DNA of 64,000 bases, from the sequence record OR999189.1; one strand, given 5' to 3'. Shown in pieces: positions 1-9,558 of the stretch (positions are counted from its first letter, which is position 1; the number at the start of each line of letters is the position of its first letter). The translations under genes were made by a program, and so were the position numbers. The notes under the pieces are model-generated. The model worked only from the letters and a program-made list of their open reading frames with translations. It did not search any database and had not been told where the DNA came from. This DNA is from Enterobacteria phage P922.

Positions 1-398
1 CTTTTGCTTATGATGCTAAACACAAAGAAACTCTTCCTTATTGGGATAAATTTCCTTTGATAATTTACCTCGGTTTAGGTAAACATAATTTAATGTATGG
101 ATTGAACTTGCACTATATTCCACCTAAAGCTCGTCAGCAATTTCTAGAAGAGCTTTTAAAGCAATATTCAAATACACCTACTATTACTAATAAAACGAAA
201 TTAAAAATTGATTGGAGTCAAGTGAAAGGATTTAGGGGTGCAGACCAAATGATTAAGGCATATATACCTGGTAATATTATGGGTAGCCTTGTTGAAATCG
301 CCCCGAAAGACTGGGCGAACGTCGTGTTAATGCCACTTCAGCAGTTCGTTTCAAAAGGAAAACGTTTCTCTGCAAACAAAGTCTGGTCAAATATCTAA
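1..398 (+). CDS. gp2-like DNA end protector, C-terminal part (5' end outside window)
   Basis: Open frame runs from window edge (codons from nt 3) to stop at 398; position upstream of gp3/gene 1 as in T4. Confidence 0.4.
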   Translation, partial: FAYDAKHKETLPYWDKFPLIIYLGLGKHNLMYGLNLHYIPPKARQQFLEELLKQYSNTPTITNKTKLKIDWSQVKGFRGADQMIKAYIPGNIMGSLVEIAPKDWANVVLMPLQQFVSKGKRFSANKVWSNI

Positions 399-504
399 TT
401 CTATTATCTTCCATTCTTTTCTATTGTTTGTTCTAATTGGAATTGAATGGAAGGGACTTAGACCCATTATACCACCAACACTTATAAAGCATTATGAGGA
501 ATAT

Positions 505-1035
505 ATGTCGCAAGCACTACAACAAATTTTTAACCAAGCAAATACAACTAACTTTGTAGTATCAATACCGCATAGTAATACTACATCTGCTTTTACTTTA
601 AATGCTCAGTCAGTTCCTATTCCAGGAATTAGGATACCTGTTACTGATACCGTGACTGGGCCGTTTGGACTGGGCCGAGCACAACGTCCAGGTGTTACAT
701 TTGAGTACGACCCACTCATTGTGAGATTTATAGTTGATGAAGAGCTTAAGTCGTGGATAGGAATGTATGAATGGATGCTAGGAACTAGCAACTATCTTAC
801 AGGTGAAAATACTGCCCAAAAAACAGGTCCTGAATACATCACGCTTTACATTTTAGATAATAGTAAAACTGAAATCGTGATGTCAATAAATTTTTATAAG
901 CCTTGGGTTTCTGACTTGTCTGAAGTAGAATTTAGCTACACGGAAGATTCAGACCCAGCTTTAGTATGTACAGCAACGATTCCTTATACGTATTTTCAAG
1001 TAGAAAAAGATGGCAAAATTATAGCAGAAGTTTAA
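505..1035 (+). CDS. gp3-like tail completion/sheath stabilizer (176 aa from ATG 505)
   Basis: ATG at 505 preceded by GAGGA; 176 aa matches T4 gp3 length; sits immediately upstream of gene 1. Confidence 0.5.
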   Translation: MSQALQQIFNQANTTNFVVSIPHSNTTSAFTLNAQSVPIPGIRIPVTDTVTGPFGLGRAQRPGVTFEYDPLIVRFIVDEELKSWIGMYEWMLGTSNYLTGENTAQKTGPEYITLYILDNSKTEIVMSINFYKPWVSDLSEVEFSYTEDSDPALVCTATIPYTYFQVEKDGKIIAEV

Positions 1036-1084
1036 TGCTTCAGTTTCATGTGTTATAATCTTAACTAAATTTGAGGAGAAACAT

Positions 1085-1809
1085 ATGAAACTAATCTTTT
1101 TAAGTGGTGTAAAGCGTAGTGGAAAAGATACTACTGCTGATTTTATCATGAGCAATTATTCTGCGGTTAAATATCAACTTGCTGGTCCTATTAAAGATGC
1201 ATTGGCTTATGCATGGGGTGTATTTGCAGAAAACACTGACTATCCTTGCTTAACTCGTAAAGAGTTTGAAGGAATTGACTATGATCGTGAGACTAATTTA
1301 AATCTGACTAAATCAGAAGTAATCACGATTATGGAACAAGCATTTTGCTATCTTAATAGTAAAAGCCCAATTAAAGGTGTGTGTGTTTTTGAGGACGAAG
1401 GACAAGAATCAGTTGATTCCGTAGCATGTAACAAGATTATTGACGTTATAAATAATATTGAAGATCAATGGTCAGTCCGTCGTCTGATGCAAGCCCTAGG
1501 TACGGATTTGATTGTTAATAACTTCGACCGCATGTATTGGGTAAAATTATTTGCTTTAGATTATCTTGATAAATTTAACTCAGGTTATGATTATTATATC
1601 GTTCCTGATACTCGTCAAGATCATGAAATGGATGCGGCTAGGGCGATGGGTGCTACAGTAATTCATGTAGTTCGTCCTGGTCAAAAATCCAATGATACTC
1701 ATATTACAGAAGCTGGATTGCCAATTCGTGATGGCGATTTAGTAATTACAAACGATGGTTCTCTTGAAGAACTTTTTTCTAAAATTAAAAATACACTAAA
1801 GGTACTATA

Positions 1810-1810
<1 letters not shown>
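1085..1810 (+). CDS. 1: deoxynucleoside monophosphate kinase (gene 1)
   Basis: 241 aa, N-terminal P-loop GVKRSGKDT; matches recalled T4 gp1. Confidence 0.9.
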
Positions 1811-2495
<685 letters not shown>

Positions 2496-2507
2496 TTTCA
2501 CAAAGTT

Positions 2508-2537
2508 GTTTACACGTTGATGAGGTAGTGATACTAT
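2508..2537 (+). promoter_or_regulatory. T4-type early promoter (ipI)
   Basis: -35 GTTTAC 2508-2513, -10 TGaTACTAT; upstream A/T-rich TTCACAAAGTT element. Confidence 0.6.
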
Positions 2538-2567
2538 TACCTTATCAAAATTAATTAGGAAAATAAA

Positions 2568-2855
2568 ATGAAAACATTTAAAGAATTTACTTCTACAGCT
2601 ACCCCGGTTTCTACTATTACCGAAGCTACTCTTACTTCTGAAGTTATTAAAGCAAATAAAGGACGAGAAGGTAAACCAATGATTAGTCTGGTTGATGGCG
2701 AAGAAATCAAAGGTACTGTTTACTTAGGTGATGGGTGGTCTGCTAAAAAGGATGGTGCTACAATCGTTATCTCTCCTGCTGAAGAAACTGCGTTGTTTAA
2801 AGCTAAACACATTTCTGCGGCACATCTCAAGATTATTGCTAAAAATCTTTTGTAA
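2568..2855 (+). CDS. ipI: internal protein I-like (capsid-targeting leader MKTFKEF)
   Basis: 95 aa, N-terminal MKT(F/Y)xEF leader; T4 ipI position after 57B. Confidence 0.65.
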   Translation: MKTFKEFTSTATPVSTITEATLTSEVIKANKGREGKPMISLVDGEEIKGTVYLGDGWSAKKDGATIVISPAEETALFKAKHISAAHLKIIAKNLL

Positions 2856-2873
2856 TAAATAATTCACAAAGTT

Positions 2874-2903
2874 GTTTACATGGGGTTTTAGTTGTGATAC
2901 TAT
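2874..2903 (+). promoter_or_regulatory. T4-type early promoter (near-duplicate of the ipI promoter)
   Basis: GTTTAC 2874-2879, GTGATACTAT -10. Confidence 0.6.
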
Positions 2904-2933
2904 TACCTTATCAAAATTAATTAGGAAAATAAA

Positions 2934-3242
2934 ATGAAAACTTACCAAGAATTTATCAATGAAGCGGCTGCACCAAAGACATTCGTTATTAATACTCAAG
3001 CGAGTCTTGATGATGAGTACGCAGATGCAATTCTGAGGTCACTTGCTAAGAACGGCGTTGAAGTATCTGCATCGGACTTTAAGAAAGGGTCTTCCGAGAT
3101 GTTTATTTCTATAACTAAAGGATCTAAAGCTAAGATTAAATCATCATTCGGAGTTGCTCGTACCGATCAAATCGACAATCATGACTTTAAACAAACTGGT
3201 GCTAAACGGCATAATACGATTGCATCACGCGGAATAAAATAG
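2934..3242 (+). CDS. internal-protein-like with CTS leader MKTYQEFINEA
   Basis: 102 aa; promoter and first codons near-identical to the ipI cassette upstream. Confidence 0.6.
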   Translation: MKTYQEFINEAAAPKTFVINTQASLDDEYADAILRSLAKNGVEVSASDFKKGSSEMFISITKGSKAKIKSSFGVARTDQIDNHDFKQTGAKRHNTIASRGIK

Positions 3243-3253
3243 TTTATAAAACC

Positions 3254-3283
3254 GTTTACTTTTAGATAGGGTAGTGATACTAT
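3254..3283 (+). promoter_or_regulatory. T4-type early promoter
   Basis: GTTTAC ... GTGATACTAT. Confidence 0.55.
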
Positions 3284-3311
3284 TACCCTATCAACTACTG
3301 AGGAGAATAAA

Positions 3312-3497
3312 ATGAAACGTTGTGAATTAATTCGAAATGTTGCTATTGCAATTTCTGCTTCCGCTTTTAGTTTTTCAATGTTTGTTGGATTTATATGTGG
3401 ATTATTGACTACAGCAGAAAATGTTTTTTCACTTGTAGTAGCATTTTTAATTGGTTTAATCGCTATTGTTATGGATAAAATTTCTAAAGGTGAATAA
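3312..3497 (+). CDS. small hydrophobic membrane protein
   Basis: 61 aa ORF, SD GAGGAG upstream, two hydrophobic segments. Confidence 0.4.
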   Translation: MKRCELIRNVAIAISASAFSFSMFVGFICGLLTTAENVFSLVVAFLIGLIAIVMDKISKGE

Positions 3498-3902
3498 ATG
3501 AATATTAACGAATATTATGTTTATGCTGGGGATTATGCAAATCCTTCTCATTTTGAAGGTAATTTAATACCTGATAGAGTTTTTAATACTCCTTTTGAAG
3601 CGTGGAGTTGGGTTGAAAGTAAAAATGGATTTTCTTATCGTTATGTTGAAGTAACTGATTGGAAAGGAACTAAATATCCTAAAGAGCATTATTATGTAGA
3701 CCCATCTAAAGTAAATTTTCTTTTGTTCGCAGGCGATAATTACTATCCTTGCGGTGGATATGATGATTTGATTGCGTATGCTGAAACAGAAGATGAATTA
3801 CGCCAAATTATTGAAGACAATAAATCAAAACGATTTGGCGATAGTTTTGACTGGTGGCAAATCGTAAATGCCCATACACATACTATTGTTGATAAAGGTT
3901 AA
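3498..3902 (+). CDS. hypothetical protein
   Basis: 134 aa ORF, translationally coupled (TAAATG). Confidence 0.5.
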   Translation: MNINEYYVYAGDYANPSHFEGNLIPDRVFNTPFEAWSWVESKNGFSYRYVEVTDWKGTKYPKEHYYVDPSKVNFLLFAGDNYYPCGGYDDLIAYAETEDELRQIIEDNKSKRFGDSFDWWQIVNAHTHTIVDKG

Positions 3903-3904
3903 TA

Positions 3905-4192
3905 ATGATTCTTTATGCGAAAGTATCATCCATTGAAAATGGATATAAATATGATCAAGAAGCAGCTAAAGCCTTGATTGATGATTATGGCATTTTAACA
4001 TGTTTTGAAGTTGAAAAGGTTTACATTGACCGTTCATCTTCTCAAGTTAAATTAGTGAAGGAAGACCGTAAATTTAATACAGTAAATTTTGATTTCTTTA
4101 TTGAAACGGAAAAAGGTCCTCTTGAATATGATATTTTCAAGAATCCTTTGGGTCTTGAATGCATCGTAAATATGTATTATCATAAATGGTAA
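3905..4192 (+). CDS. hypothetical protein
   Basis: 95 aa ORF, coupled start TAATAATG. Confidence 0.45.
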   Translation: MILYAKVSSIENGYKYDQEAAKALIDDYGILTCFEVEKVYIDRSSSQVKLVKEDRKFNTVNFDFFIETEKGPLEYDIFKNPLGLECIVNMYYHKW

Positions 4193-4289
4193 ATATGCTT
4201 TAAGAATTATTTGTTATTATTAACTTATATCGCACTGATTAATACCCTCTATCATCAAGGGTTCTTGTTTGAGAGCCTTTGTTAATAAT

Positions 4290-4362
4290 TGGGAATTAGC
4301 CAAGTTGGTAAGGCACTGGATTTTGATTCCAGGATGCAAAGGTTCGAGTCCTTTATTCCCAG
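4290..4362 (+). tRNA. tRNA-Gln (anticodon UUG)
   Basis: Cloverleaf: acceptor TGGGAAT/ATTCCCA, anticodon loop TTTTGAT, T-arm GGTTCGAGTCC. Confidence 0.85.
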
Positions 4363-4363
4363 C

Positions 4364-4450
4364 GCGAGAATGGTCAAATTGGTAAAGGCACAGCACTTAA
4401 AATGCTGCGGAATGATTTCCTTGTGGGTTCGAGTCCCACTTCTCGCACCA
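4364..4450 (+). tRNA. tRNA-Leu (anticodon UAA), long variable arm, CCA encoded
   Basis: Acceptor GCGAGAA/TTCTCGC, loop CTTAAAA, T-arm GGTTCGAGTCC. Confidence 0.85.
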
Positions 4451-4455
4451 AATTT

Positions 4456-4529
<74 letters not shown>

Positions 4530-4539
4530 ATTTAATTTA

Positions 4540-4612
4540 CTCCGTGTAGCTAGTTTGGTAGAGCGCCTGATTTGGGATCAGGAGGTCCAAGGTTCAAATC
4601 CTTGTATGGAGA
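4540..4612 (+). tRNA. tRNA-Pro (anticodon UGG)
   Basis: Anticodon stem CCTGA/TCAGG with loop TTTGGGA; T-arm GGTTCAAATCC. Confidence 0.75.
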
Positions 4613-4614
4613 CT

Positions 4615-4704
4615 GGAGGCGTGGCAGAGTGGTTTAATGCACCGGTCTTGAAAACCGGCAGTCGCTCCGGCGACTCATAGGTTCAAATCCTATCGCCTCC
4701 GCCA
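4615..4704 (+). tRNA. tRNA-Ser (anticodon UGA), long variable arm
   Basis: Acceptor GGAGGCG/CGCCTCC, loop CTTGAAA, T-arm GGTTCAAATCC, CCA encoded. Confidence 0.85.
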
Positions 4705-4709
4705 GTTTT

Positions 4710-4785
4710 GCTGATTTAGCTCAGTAGGTAGAGCAACTCACTTGTAATGAGAAGGTCGGCGGTTCGATTCCGTTAATCAGCACCA
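4710..4785 (+). tRNA. tRNA-Thr (anticodon UGU)
   Basis: Acceptor GCTGATT/AATCAGC, loop CTTGTAA, T-arm GGTTCGATTCC. Confidence 0.85.
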
Positions 4786-4786
4786 A

Positions 4787-4861
4787 GGCCCTGTAGCTGG
4801 AAGGTTCAAGCAAGCGACTCATAATCGCCAGATGGTGGTTCAATTCCACCCAGGGCCACCA
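4787..4861 (+). tRNA. tRNA-Ile (CAU anticodon, probably lysidine-type) or Met
   Basis: Acceptor GGCCCTG/CAGGGCC, loop CTCATAA, T-arm GGTTCAATTCC. Confidence 0.75.
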
Positions 4862-4870
4862 AATTAATTT

Positions 4871-4957
4871 GGGGAGTTATCCCGTAGAGGTAGCGGTGTG
4901 GACTGTAAATCCATTGTCATTGCGACTCGGGTGGTTCGACTCCATCACTCCCCACCA
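4871..4957 (+). tRNA. tRNA-Tyr (anticodon GUA), long variable arm
   Basis: Acceptor GGGGAGT/ACTCCCC, loop CTGTAAA, T-arm GGTTCGACTCC; not among the eight T4 tRNAs I recall. Confidence 0.75.
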
Positions 4958-4961
4958 ATTT

Positions 4962-5036
4962 GGATGTGTAGCTCAATGGCAGAGCGATCGCCTGTTAAGC
5001 GATTGGTTATAGGTTCGAATCCTATCACGTCCGCCA
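4962..5036 (+). tRNA. tRNA-Asn (anticodon GUU)
   Basis: Anticodon stem ATCGC/GCGAT with loop CTGTTAA; T-arm GGTTCGAATCC. Confidence 0.75.
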
Positions 5037-5040
5037 AATC

Positions 5041-5116
5041 CGAGGCATAGCTCAGAAGGAAGAGCAAGGACCTTCTAAGTCCTAGGTCGTAGGTTCGATC
5101 CCTACTGCCTCGACCA
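5041..5116 (+). tRNA. tRNA-Arg (anticodon UCU)
   Basis: Acceptor CGAGGCA/TGCCTCG, loop CTTCTAA, T-arm GGTTCGATCCC. Confidence 0.85.
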
Positions 5117-5132
5117 ATTAAGTGAGGAAAAT

Positions 5133-5483
5133 ATGAAAGGTAATGTTTATTTAGTAGTTCATGATTTAACATTCTATTTTAATCACAATGACACTGTTAT
5201 TTCTGAACGTGTAATTAATTTACTTTATCAGCATGCAGATTATGTTTATGTCGAAAATGAATACGGTCATTGGCAATTTCTCAAAAATCGTTCATTTGGT
5301 TTAGATGGTTACGAATATTTTGAACGTAAAGATCTTTTAGATAAAATTCCGTTATCTACACAATATCAAAATCACAAGTCTTTATATAAATGCCGCCCAA
5401 TTCGAAATGCTGAATCTGCATATGAAGCGATTGATTTATGGCGTAAACGCCGTGAACAAATTGATGCTTTAAAAGAATATTAA
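5133..5483 (+). CDS. hypothetical protein
   Basis: 116 aa ORF with SD GAGGAAAATATG right after tRNA-Arg. Confidence 0.5.
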   Translation: MKGNVYLVVHDLTFYFNHNDTVISERVINLLYQHADYVYVENEYGHWQFLKNRSFGLDGYEYFERKDLLDKIPLSTQYQNHKSLYKCRPIRNAESAYEAIDLWRKRREQIDALKEY

Positions 5484-5818
5484 GAAACCGGGTCGCTACC
5501 GGTAAGTCGTCGGACTGATGTTCCCTGGAGTATAGTTTCTCCCACAGTTTTACTGTGTTCTGATTCTTTACTATCACAGCAGAAACGGCGCACCGAATTA
5601 TCGATTCGAGGAAATATCTTTGCCGTAAGCCGAGTAGCGTTTTTGACGGAACGTTCGGATATGATCGAGATATGGCCTTTTAAAAATATTGAGTAGCGTC
5701 AACTACTTAATAACCGGGTTCGAATCCCGGCGTTTCGTACAAACACTTGCCTTAGCAGGTGGAACCCCGACAAGGTTGCCGCAAGGCTTAGCCCCGACCG
5801 AAAGGTTGGGGCTTTTTA
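5484..5818 (+). ncRNA. candidate stable small RNA(s), T4 species 1/2 (rnaC/rnaD)-like region with tRNA-like T-arm
   Basis: About 330 nt without a convincing ORF next to the tRNA cluster; hairpins CCGGGTCGCTACCGG and CCGGGTTCGAATCCCGG; ends in GCCCCGACC-GAAA-GGTTGGGGC + T5. Confidence 0.3.
5791..5818 (+). terminator. intrinsic terminator
   Basis: GCCCCGACC-GAAA-GGTTGGGGC hairpin + TTTTT. Confidence 0.6.
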
Positions 5819-5907
5819 GTTTGAATCACATAGAGAATGCTGTTACGGATAATAACAAAGTAATAAATAATTAATAACCAACCGATAAATTATTTCAAGG
5901 ATTTTAA

Positions 5908-6471
5908 ATGAAAACCTATGCCGAATTTTTAACCGAAGCAGCAAAATTACCATCTGAAGCAGATCTTACTAAAGTATTCTTCCAATTAGACCCAAAAGAC
6001 CGTGGCGATTTTCTTAAGTGGAAAGCTAAAGCTATTGAAATGTATAACATCGATAATAGTTCTTTTACGATGAGTCAAGAAAATAAATTCAATAAAGCAT
6101 TTTTCAAAATTTCTAAGAAATTGGCATCAGGCGCTCAGGTTCCTAAATCTGCCTTAGCTACTCCTGAACGTGCACCTGTTAAAATTTCTAAGAATATGTT
6201 TGACACTAAAAAATATGTTAATGCTTTGAATAAAGCTCTTGACGCATTGGATGATGCAAAGAAGGCAGCCCGTGATCTTCAAGACGTGTACACCGATTTT
6301 GATCGTAAAACTAAAGGTTCTATTTCAAATAGCGAACGCAATAGTGTAAGTGTTTATTCTGATAGCCTTGATGTTCTTGGCGATGCGTATACTGAAATTA
6401 AAAATCGTATTAACACTGCATCTAAGCTAAAAGCTGCCGCAGAAGCTATAATAACTAAACTAGATAAATAA
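5908..6471 (+). CDS. internal-protein-like with CTS leader MKTYAEFLTEA
   Basis: 187 aa, Lys/Ala-rich, N-terminal MKTYxEF leader. Confidence 0.55.
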   Translation: MKTYAEFLTEAAKLPSEADLTKVFFQLDPKDRGDFLKWKAKAIEMYNIDNSSFTMSQENKFNKAFFKISKKLASGAQVPKSALATPERAPVKISKNMFDTKKYVNALNKALDALDDAKKAARDLQDVYTDFDRKTKGSISNSERNSVSVYSDSLDVLGDAYTEIKNRINTASKLKAAAEAIITKLDK

Positions 6472-6480
6472 TTTTAAATC

Positions 6481-6506
6481 CCTATCTAAATGATAGGGCT
6501 TTTTGG
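6481..6506 (+). terminator. intrinsic terminator
   Basis: CCCTATC-TAAA-TGATAGGG hairpin + CTTTTT. Confidence 0.55.
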
Positions 6507-6637
6507 TATCTAGGCCTTTCTGGACCTCTCTAGGCATCATTTAGTTTCTACCCTTTATAATATATTATCCTATCCTTTAATTGCCCCTCCCTGCCCTAGA
6601 ATTCTCTAAAACTTTTTAAAAATTTTTTCACAAAACT

Positions 6638-6667
6638 GTTTACACCCTTGTCATTCCATGGTACTAT
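6638..6667 (+). promoter_or_regulatory. T4-type early promoter
   Basis: TTTTTCACAAAACTGTTTACA ... TGGTACTATAC. Confidence 0.6.
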
Positions 6668-6710
6668 ACAACTATCAACTACTGATACAGAAAACAACTT
6701 GGAGAATGAA

Positions 6711-6974
6711 ATGGATAATTACGGCGAACTGTTCAACTTCTTTATGAAATGTGTTTCAGAAGATTTCGGTCGTACAGTGAATGATATTAAAGTTATCGGT
6801 CCTGACTATCCGATGTTTGAAACTTACGCAGTAATGGGTAATGAAGACGGTCAGTGGTATACTGTAAAGGTTGTGATTAACATGTTCACTGCTGAAGGTT
6901 ATGTTAAACTGTCTTCTAAAGTTTACCATGATAACGACGAAATTGCAGAAGAATATTTTAATAATATGAAATAA
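6711..6974 (+). CDS. hypothetical protein (start MDNYGELF)
   Basis: ATG at 6711 after GGAGAATGAA; the listed upstream start at 6648 lies inside the promoter. Confidence 0.5.
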   Translation: MDNYGELFNFFMKCVSEDFGRTVNDIKVIGPDYPMFETYAVMGNEDGQWYTVKVVINMFTAEGYVKLSSKVYHDNDEIAEEYFNNMK

Positions 6975-7029
6975 GTTTACATAGGCTCATGATTGAGATA
7001 TTATGAGCCTATAATTTGAGGAAACTGTT

Positions 7030-7560
7030 ATGTCTCTTTATACCGAACTGAATGAAACTTCCGAAAAATCTTTTGATGGTATTTTATCAATAATGCAAAA
7101 GCAGATATTAGAACAGCTTAGTGAAGCCGCAAGCAACGGACATAAGGCTTGTCGAATCCCAAGCCCACATCGTCGCCTGTATGAACGCCCTCTTATTAAT
7201 TGGCTAGAAAGTGAAGGTCTTACGGTTAAGATTTGTCCTGCCAAATTTGATGTCCCACGCATTCTTAATATTTACTGGGATAAACCGGTTGAGAAACCGA
7301 TTGAGAAAAGTGACCCTTGGGTTGTTAATGTAAAAACATATGATAATGGATGCTCACTTGAGGTGTCTGCTGTAATTAAAGGCACTCACGGTGAAAAATC
7401 GTGGGGTTGGCCTGGTAAAGATAAAGAAATCGTGTTAAGTGTAAAAGCTACTAGTATTAGTACTCCTATAGCTAAAAGCATTATTAATGCTGCTATCGAT
7501 GAAGCTGAACGAATTTGTAAAATTAAAAATAGTTTACATCTCTCAAATAATGGGATATAA
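7030..7560 (+). CDS. hypothetical protein
   Basis: 176 aa ORF, SD GAGGAAACTGTTATG. Confidence 0.5.
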   Translation: MSLYTELNETSEKSFDGILSIMQKQILEQLSEAASNGHKACRIPSPHRRLYERPLINWLESEGLTVKICPAKFDVPRILNIYWDKPVEKPIEKSDPWVVNVKTYDNGCSLEVSAVIKGTHGEKSWGWPGKDKEIVLSVKATSISTPIAKSIINAAIDEAERICKIKNSLHLSNNGI

Positions 7561-7603
7561 TTCTTCCACAGATTTTAAATCTCAATTAACCTAAGGAAAT
7601 ACT

Positions 7604-8197
7604 ATGAACACACTGAAGAAAATTGTTGAGTTTATTCGCACTAAACTTGGTTCTGCTATGGCTAAAAATCTATCTGTTGAAGAACAGTATACTGCTGCAG
7701 CAGCAAAATTACTTGATAAAATTAAAGACCTAAAAACTGCTTCTGTTAAATCTATTAATGAAGAAAAACGTATTCGTGAACTTGTTATCGAAAAGAATCG
7801 ACAAGCCGAATCAAAAGAGCGTGAAATTCGCAAACTTCTTTCCGAAGGTCAAGATGTAACAATGCATGCTAAGCTCGGTTTACTATATCGTCGAACAGCT
7901 GAGCAGTTGACTACTAAAGCTGATGGTTATGCTGAAATGCGAATTGAAATCGCCAAGAAAGTAGTTGAGTTAGATGATGCTCGCCAAGAACTTGCGGTTA
8001 AATTGGAATATATCCGTGAAACTCGTGCGGCAAATGCCCTTGGAATTAGTACTGCCGATGATGTAGTTGAAATTGCAGCGCTAACTAAGGTTGATATTGA
8101 AGATACTCTTGCTCGAGTTGAAACCTTTAACGGTAATATTTCCGGGGTTGAAACTACCTCTGCCGATGTTCAGGAATACATTAATTCTCTGAAATAA
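7604..8197 (+). CDS. all-helical coiled-coil protein, possibly PspA/IM30-like
   Basis: 197 aa, heptad-rich, amphipathic N-terminus; followed by GGGGC-TTCG-GCCCC hairpin. Confidence 0.45.
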   Translation: MNTLKKIVEFIRTKLGSAMAKNLSVEEQYTAAAAKLLDKIKDLKTASVKSINEEKRIRELVIEKNRQAESKEREIRKLLSEGQDVTMHAKLGLLYRRTAEQLTTKADGYAEMRIEIAKKVVELDDARQELAVKLEYIRETRAANALGISTADDVVEIAALTKVDIEDTLARVETFNGNISGVETTSADVQEYINSLK

Positions 8198-8201
8198 TGA
8201 T

Positions 8202-8219
8202 AAGGGGCTTCGGCCCCTT
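8202..8219 (+). terminator. UUCG-tetraloop RNA hairpin (terminator or stabiliser)
   Basis: AAGGGGC-TTCG-GCCCCTT; no long T run. Confidence 0.45.
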
Positions 8220-8238
8220 ATACTTGGAGTAAATAGGA

Positions 8239-8853
8239 ATGAAAATGAAAATGCAAAGTGATTTCAATTCAATGTTTGAAGAGTTCCAAAGACAGGTTGA
8301 TGTTCCAGACCAATTACTAAATGCTCTTAAACGTATGGCAGAAGGACGTAATTACTATTGGGGGTCTTCATATGAAACTGATGAAAGTCTTTCTGGAAGA
8401 TTTTCTAGAGGTAAAAAGTCTTTAATACGTCCTGGAATACTCATTAACAGTATTGAATCAATTCATTCATTGACGTGTGATTTTGATGTTGAATTTACTG
8501 ATTTCATTTCTCCTGAATGGACAGTTTGTTATTTAAATGACGATTATGATTATCTTGGCGTTTATAGTTTAAGTGACGCGTGGTTTAGACGTAATTTACA
8601 AAAGTCAAATTTATTTTATATTGATACTACGGTAAAATTTCAGGGAAAGAAATATTTCTTTACTCTTATAGTTGACTCTGAAACAAAATATGAAAATAAG
8701 CGTATTCTTAATAAAAGGAATATCTTGACTATTATTGATGATCTTTTTGATAAATTCGTGGAAAATCCTAATTTTGAAAGCGATTTATTACTAGAAAAAT
8801 TTGTTAAGGAATGTAGAGAATATGTCAAAGCCATCACTATACCTTCCAAGTAA
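8239..8853 (+). CDS. hypothetical protein
   Basis: 204 aa ORF; C-terminal ...KFVKECREYVK junction motif. Confidence 0.5.
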   Translation: MKMKMQSDFNSMFEEFQRQVDVPDQLLNALKRMAEGRNYYWGSSYETDESLSGRFSRGKKSLIRPGILINSIESIHSLTCDFDVEFTDFISPEWTVCYLNDDYDYLGVYSLSDAWFRRNLQKSNLFYIDTTVKFQGKKYFFTLIVDSETKYENKRILNKRNILTIIDDLFDKFVENPNFESDLLLEKFVKECREYVKAITIPSK

Positions 8854-9214
8854 ACCTGTGAAGTATGAACTAAAGCGCCAGATAATTTCTACCGATGTAT
8901 TAATGGGTCCTGTGGTAGCTGTATCATTTGTGATTCTGCTAATTGCTGGAATGGTTATAGACGTTATGACTGATATTGAATCCGGTGTAATATTTGGAGC
9001 AACGCTAATTCTTCCATTAATAATTCCGCTTTTATTAGTACCTGTAAATTGGGTAGGATACTGGTATCAAGGAAGACATTATCGTAAACGCGTACGTGAA
9101 TGGAAAGCTCAGTGTAAAAAGATTAAAAAGGAACACCAGCTTAAACTAGATATGTATGAATTTAACGAAATTATGAAATTTGTTAAGGAATCACGATGCA
9201 AAAGCCAAAACTAA
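8822..9214 (+). CDS. membrane protein (tandem paralog 1)
   Basis: ATG 8822; hydrophobic helices; C-terminal ...MKFVKESRCK motif. Confidence 0.45.
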   Translation: MSKPSLYLPSKPVKYELKRQIISTDVLMGPVVAVSFVILLIAGMVIDVMTDIESGVIFGATLILPLIIPLLLVPVNWVGYWYQGRHYRKRVREWKAQCKKIKKEHQLKLDMYEFNEIMKFVKESRCKSQN

Positions 9215-9558
9215 ATAAAGTCAAATATTCGTTTCTCGAGGCAATGTTAATTCTTGCTGTATCAGTATTTGCAGCTCTTGCGGGTAGTCTTATTGGATTA
9301 ATGATTGACTGTTTTATTTTAAACGTCGATGGTTCAGCAATTATAACAGAGGTTTGGAGTGAACTTCGTTTTACTATAGCAATTTCATTATTTTCATTCT
9401 TTGGCACTATATTATATTTTCATTATGATAATTTTAAAATAAATTGGCAAAGAAAAAAGGATTACAAAATACAATTAAAAGAATATAATAACTACATGTC
9501 TTATATTGAAAATGAATCAATGAAAGAGTTTGTGAGTGATTGTAGGAAAATTAAATGA
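9196..9558 (+). CDS. membrane protein (tandem paralog 2)
   Basis: 120 aa, TM helices, C-terminal ...EFVSDCRKIK. Confidence 0.5.
   Translation: MQKPKLNKVKYSFLEAMLILAVSVFAALAGSLIGLMIDCFILNVDGSAIITEVWSELRFTIAISLFSFFGTILYFHYDNFKINWQRKKDYKIQLKEYNNYMSYIENESMKEFVSDCRKIK

Noticed and set aside
5689-5874. 61 aa + strand ORF
   Set aside because: Sits in the structured non-coding region with hairpins and a terminator; no RBS.
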